A DNA stretch of 34,592 nucleotides from IMG/VR virus record IMGVR_UViG_3300030392_000276, positions 1-34,592 of that record. One strand, written 5' to 3'. The notes below the pieces were generated by a model that was not told the DNA's origin, did not search any database, and saw only the letters and a program-made list of their open reading frames with translations. Below, piece by piece: positions 32,805 through 34,592 of the stretch (position 1 is its first letter; every line of letters starts with the position of its first letter). Made by a program: the position numbers and the translations under genes. The DNA comes from a virus (Duplodnaviria > Caudoviricetes).

Positions 32805-33821
32805 TTAAGATGCTGTTAGTGTATTTTCTTTTAAGGCTGGGAGAGACGGCATTTTTGCTTCAGCCAGACGCTTCGACAATTCAGCACCAAAACCCGGTAG
32901 CATATTATCGAGCAACTCGGCGATGATGTTTGTACGCTGGTATTCCTGCCAGATAGCACCGTTGTGGAGCCGTTGTAGTTGAGTAATATTGATGAGCGGG
33001 CGGTCGCCACGAGCCTTTTCTTCTTCTGTCATCTGCCCAACAATCCTCAAATCTTCGAGTGAGGGACCATTTTTGCAAACCCACTCATCGAACTCACTTT
33101 GGACAATCCCAGCACCCTCGTCTGAGCGGTAAAGATCGAACTTCCTGACCATCGCTGCATCATCAATGTCATCGTAGGCAGTCACCGTGCCGTCGTTGAA
33201 AATGTCGCCATCCTCGTCCACTATGAAGATCGTCTCAACGCTGCCTCTATCGGTACGTATAGAAAAGATATTGGCGTTGGCGCTTGCAGTTGTCGTATCG
33301 GTACTTGAGGTTAAGTGACCCTGCACCTGAACGAAACTATCGCCGTTGATCGTTTTCGAGGTAGTCGCCGTCGGTCCCGACCCGACGAGCATCAACCCAA
33401 TGGTCGCTTCAGTAATTCCCTCAAGGTGAAAACCGCCGGTGGCGGCGACGGCTTTCTTTGCAAAACCAAAGGTATCAGTCTCTGCACGGTCCGTAACTCC
33501 ATGAGCAACATCAGAAGATTTTAAAGAAATTATTTCATTATCAGCCGCCGCCTGATTTACTGTGATCCCAAGAGTAATATTTGCATTTGCTGTATCCCCT
33601 AGAAAATATTCACCATCAGTTTGTACCATTTCACTACCACTAGCAAGGGTAAAGGTATTAGCAGTAAACTGGAAATCATCAGCACCAGCAATAGAAATAT
33701 CAATTTGATCATCTGTATCTGCTGTTATATGGGTATCAGCATCTGCATCTAGAATAAACTTCTGACCATTAATATCTAAATTAGCAAGTTCAGATGCTGG
33801 TGATGTTCCTAAATATGGCAT
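32805..33821 (-). CDS. tail fibre protein
   Basis: MPYLGTSPA N-terminus, ILDADADTHITADTDDQID module, T/A/G-rich beta repeats. Confidence 0.7.
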   Translation of the reverse strand: MPYLGTSPASELANLDINGQKFILDADADTHITADTDDQIDISIAGADDFQFTANTFTLASGSEMVQTDGEYFLGDTANANITLGITVNQAAADNEIISLKSSDVAHGVTDRAETDTFGFAKKAVAATGGFHLEGITEATIGLMLVGSGPTATTSKTINGDSFVQVQGHLTSSTDTTTASANANIFSIRTDRGSVETIFIVDEDGDIFNDGTVTAYDDIDDAAMVRKFDLYRSDEGAGIVQSEFDEWVCKNGPSLEDLRIVGQMTEEEKARGDRPLINITQLQRLHNGAIWQEYQRTNIIAELLDNMLPGFGAELSKRLAEAKMPSLPALKENTLTAS

Positions 33822-33845
33822 AGTTTTAATCCTCTACTGTTGATT

Positions 33846-34109
33846 TTATGCATTTGCTCTCTCTGCACGAATACGTGCTTTCTCTTTATAGGCAGCTATT
33901 CTCTCTGGCGTATGCTCCACCTCCGCAAGCCGTCGTATCGTTTCGTCCTCTCCGCTTACGTCAGCACCCGGTACAAAAACTTGACGATTAATGAACGTTC
34001 GAGAAACTTCAACTCCATCCCGTTCGATAATCAATGCAGTCCTCACTTGTATTGTACCGTCTACGAGAATTTCCCGCCGGTCGATTTCCATTCGTTCTGT
34101 TAATGCCAT
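33846..34109 (-). CDS. tail-fibre-associated conserved protein
   Basis: IQVRTA..IERDGVEVSRTF...DVSGED motif, typical after marine phage fibres. Confidence 0.7.
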   Translation of the reverse strand: MALTERMEIDRREILVDGTIQVRTALIIERDGVEVSRTFINRQVFVPGADVSGEDETIRRLAEVEHTPERIAAYKEKARIRAERANA

Positions 34110-34124
34110 CTTTTATTCCTTTCT

Positions 34125-34592
34125 TTACGCTGAGATATAGCTAAAGGAGACGTGTATCTCAAATACTGTATCTACCCTAGACTCGTCTACGCTCTCTACT
34201 GCTCCTGCATCCGTTATATTATAGAAGGAGCAGAAAGCAGCCCCGCTATCTATCCTTGAGAATATGCTTTCAAGCCCACCGTCTCCATGTGCTGAAATCA
34301 TCACATATGAAATCGACACATTGGACAGTTCACCCGGACTGGCCGACGTGGTGGGCAAGGACATCTGCAATCTTCCACTAGGACTACTCTCGGAAGCTAC
34401 ATTAATCCGCCCTTGTAAATGTACAACCCGACCTATCTTTGTATAAGCAATACTGTCATAAGAGGAAGACAGGGCATAGCTTCCCGAGGTACTACAGGTA
34501 AGTGTAGGAGTGTAAATCCCTTCTTCATAATCGTCAAAGAGTTCGCTAGACAACCCTGCATTAGAATCACTAGTTGCTGCAAAATCAATACC
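34125..34592 (-). CDS. tail fibre protein C-terminus (partial; start lies beyond the window)
   Basis: Frame open to the window edge; (L/F)DDYEEG.YTP and YTKIGRVVHL receptor-binding-domain motifs. Confidence 0.75.
   Translation of the reverse strand, partial: GIDFAATSDSNAGLSSELFDDYEEGIYTPTLTCSTSGSYALSSSYDSIAYTKIGRVVHLQGRINVASESSPSGRLQMSLPTTSASPGELSNVSISYVMISAHGDGGLESIFSRIDSGAAFCSFYNITDAGAVESVDESRVDTVFEIHVSFSYISA

Overview
This window is a 34.6 kb fragment of a tailed dsDNA phage genome with two convergent arms. It is podovirus-like and resembles the marine HMO-2011-type phages. The + arm (1-22.4 kb) starts with a GC-mosaic early region of small genes: a Csx16-like protein, a PseT-like 3'-phosphatase, a Cys-rich radical-SAM-like protein, a Zn deaminase overlapping a tRNA-Ile(UAU), an SleB-type hydrolase and a DUF932 protein. 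It continues with thyX, a tyrosine integrase, primase, DnaB helicase, a family A DNA polymerase with a DnaJ-type zinc-finger insertion, a putative SSB, exo/endonucleases and a class II (B12) ribonucleotide reductase. The - arm (22.4-34.6 kb) carries tail-fibre, internal-virion and lysis-like genes. No phage RNA polymerase is present, while sigma70-like promoters and intrinsic terminators are. The most notable signals are: (1) a phage-borne Csx16-like candidate ring nuclease, i.e. a possible type III anti-CRISPR; (2) a tRNA-Ile with a UAU anticodon fused to the end of a deaminase gene; (3) a probable -1 frameshift at an A10 run extending a virion protein; (4) two families of repeated palindromic sites between early genes. 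All family assignments come from motif recognition by eye, with no database searches.
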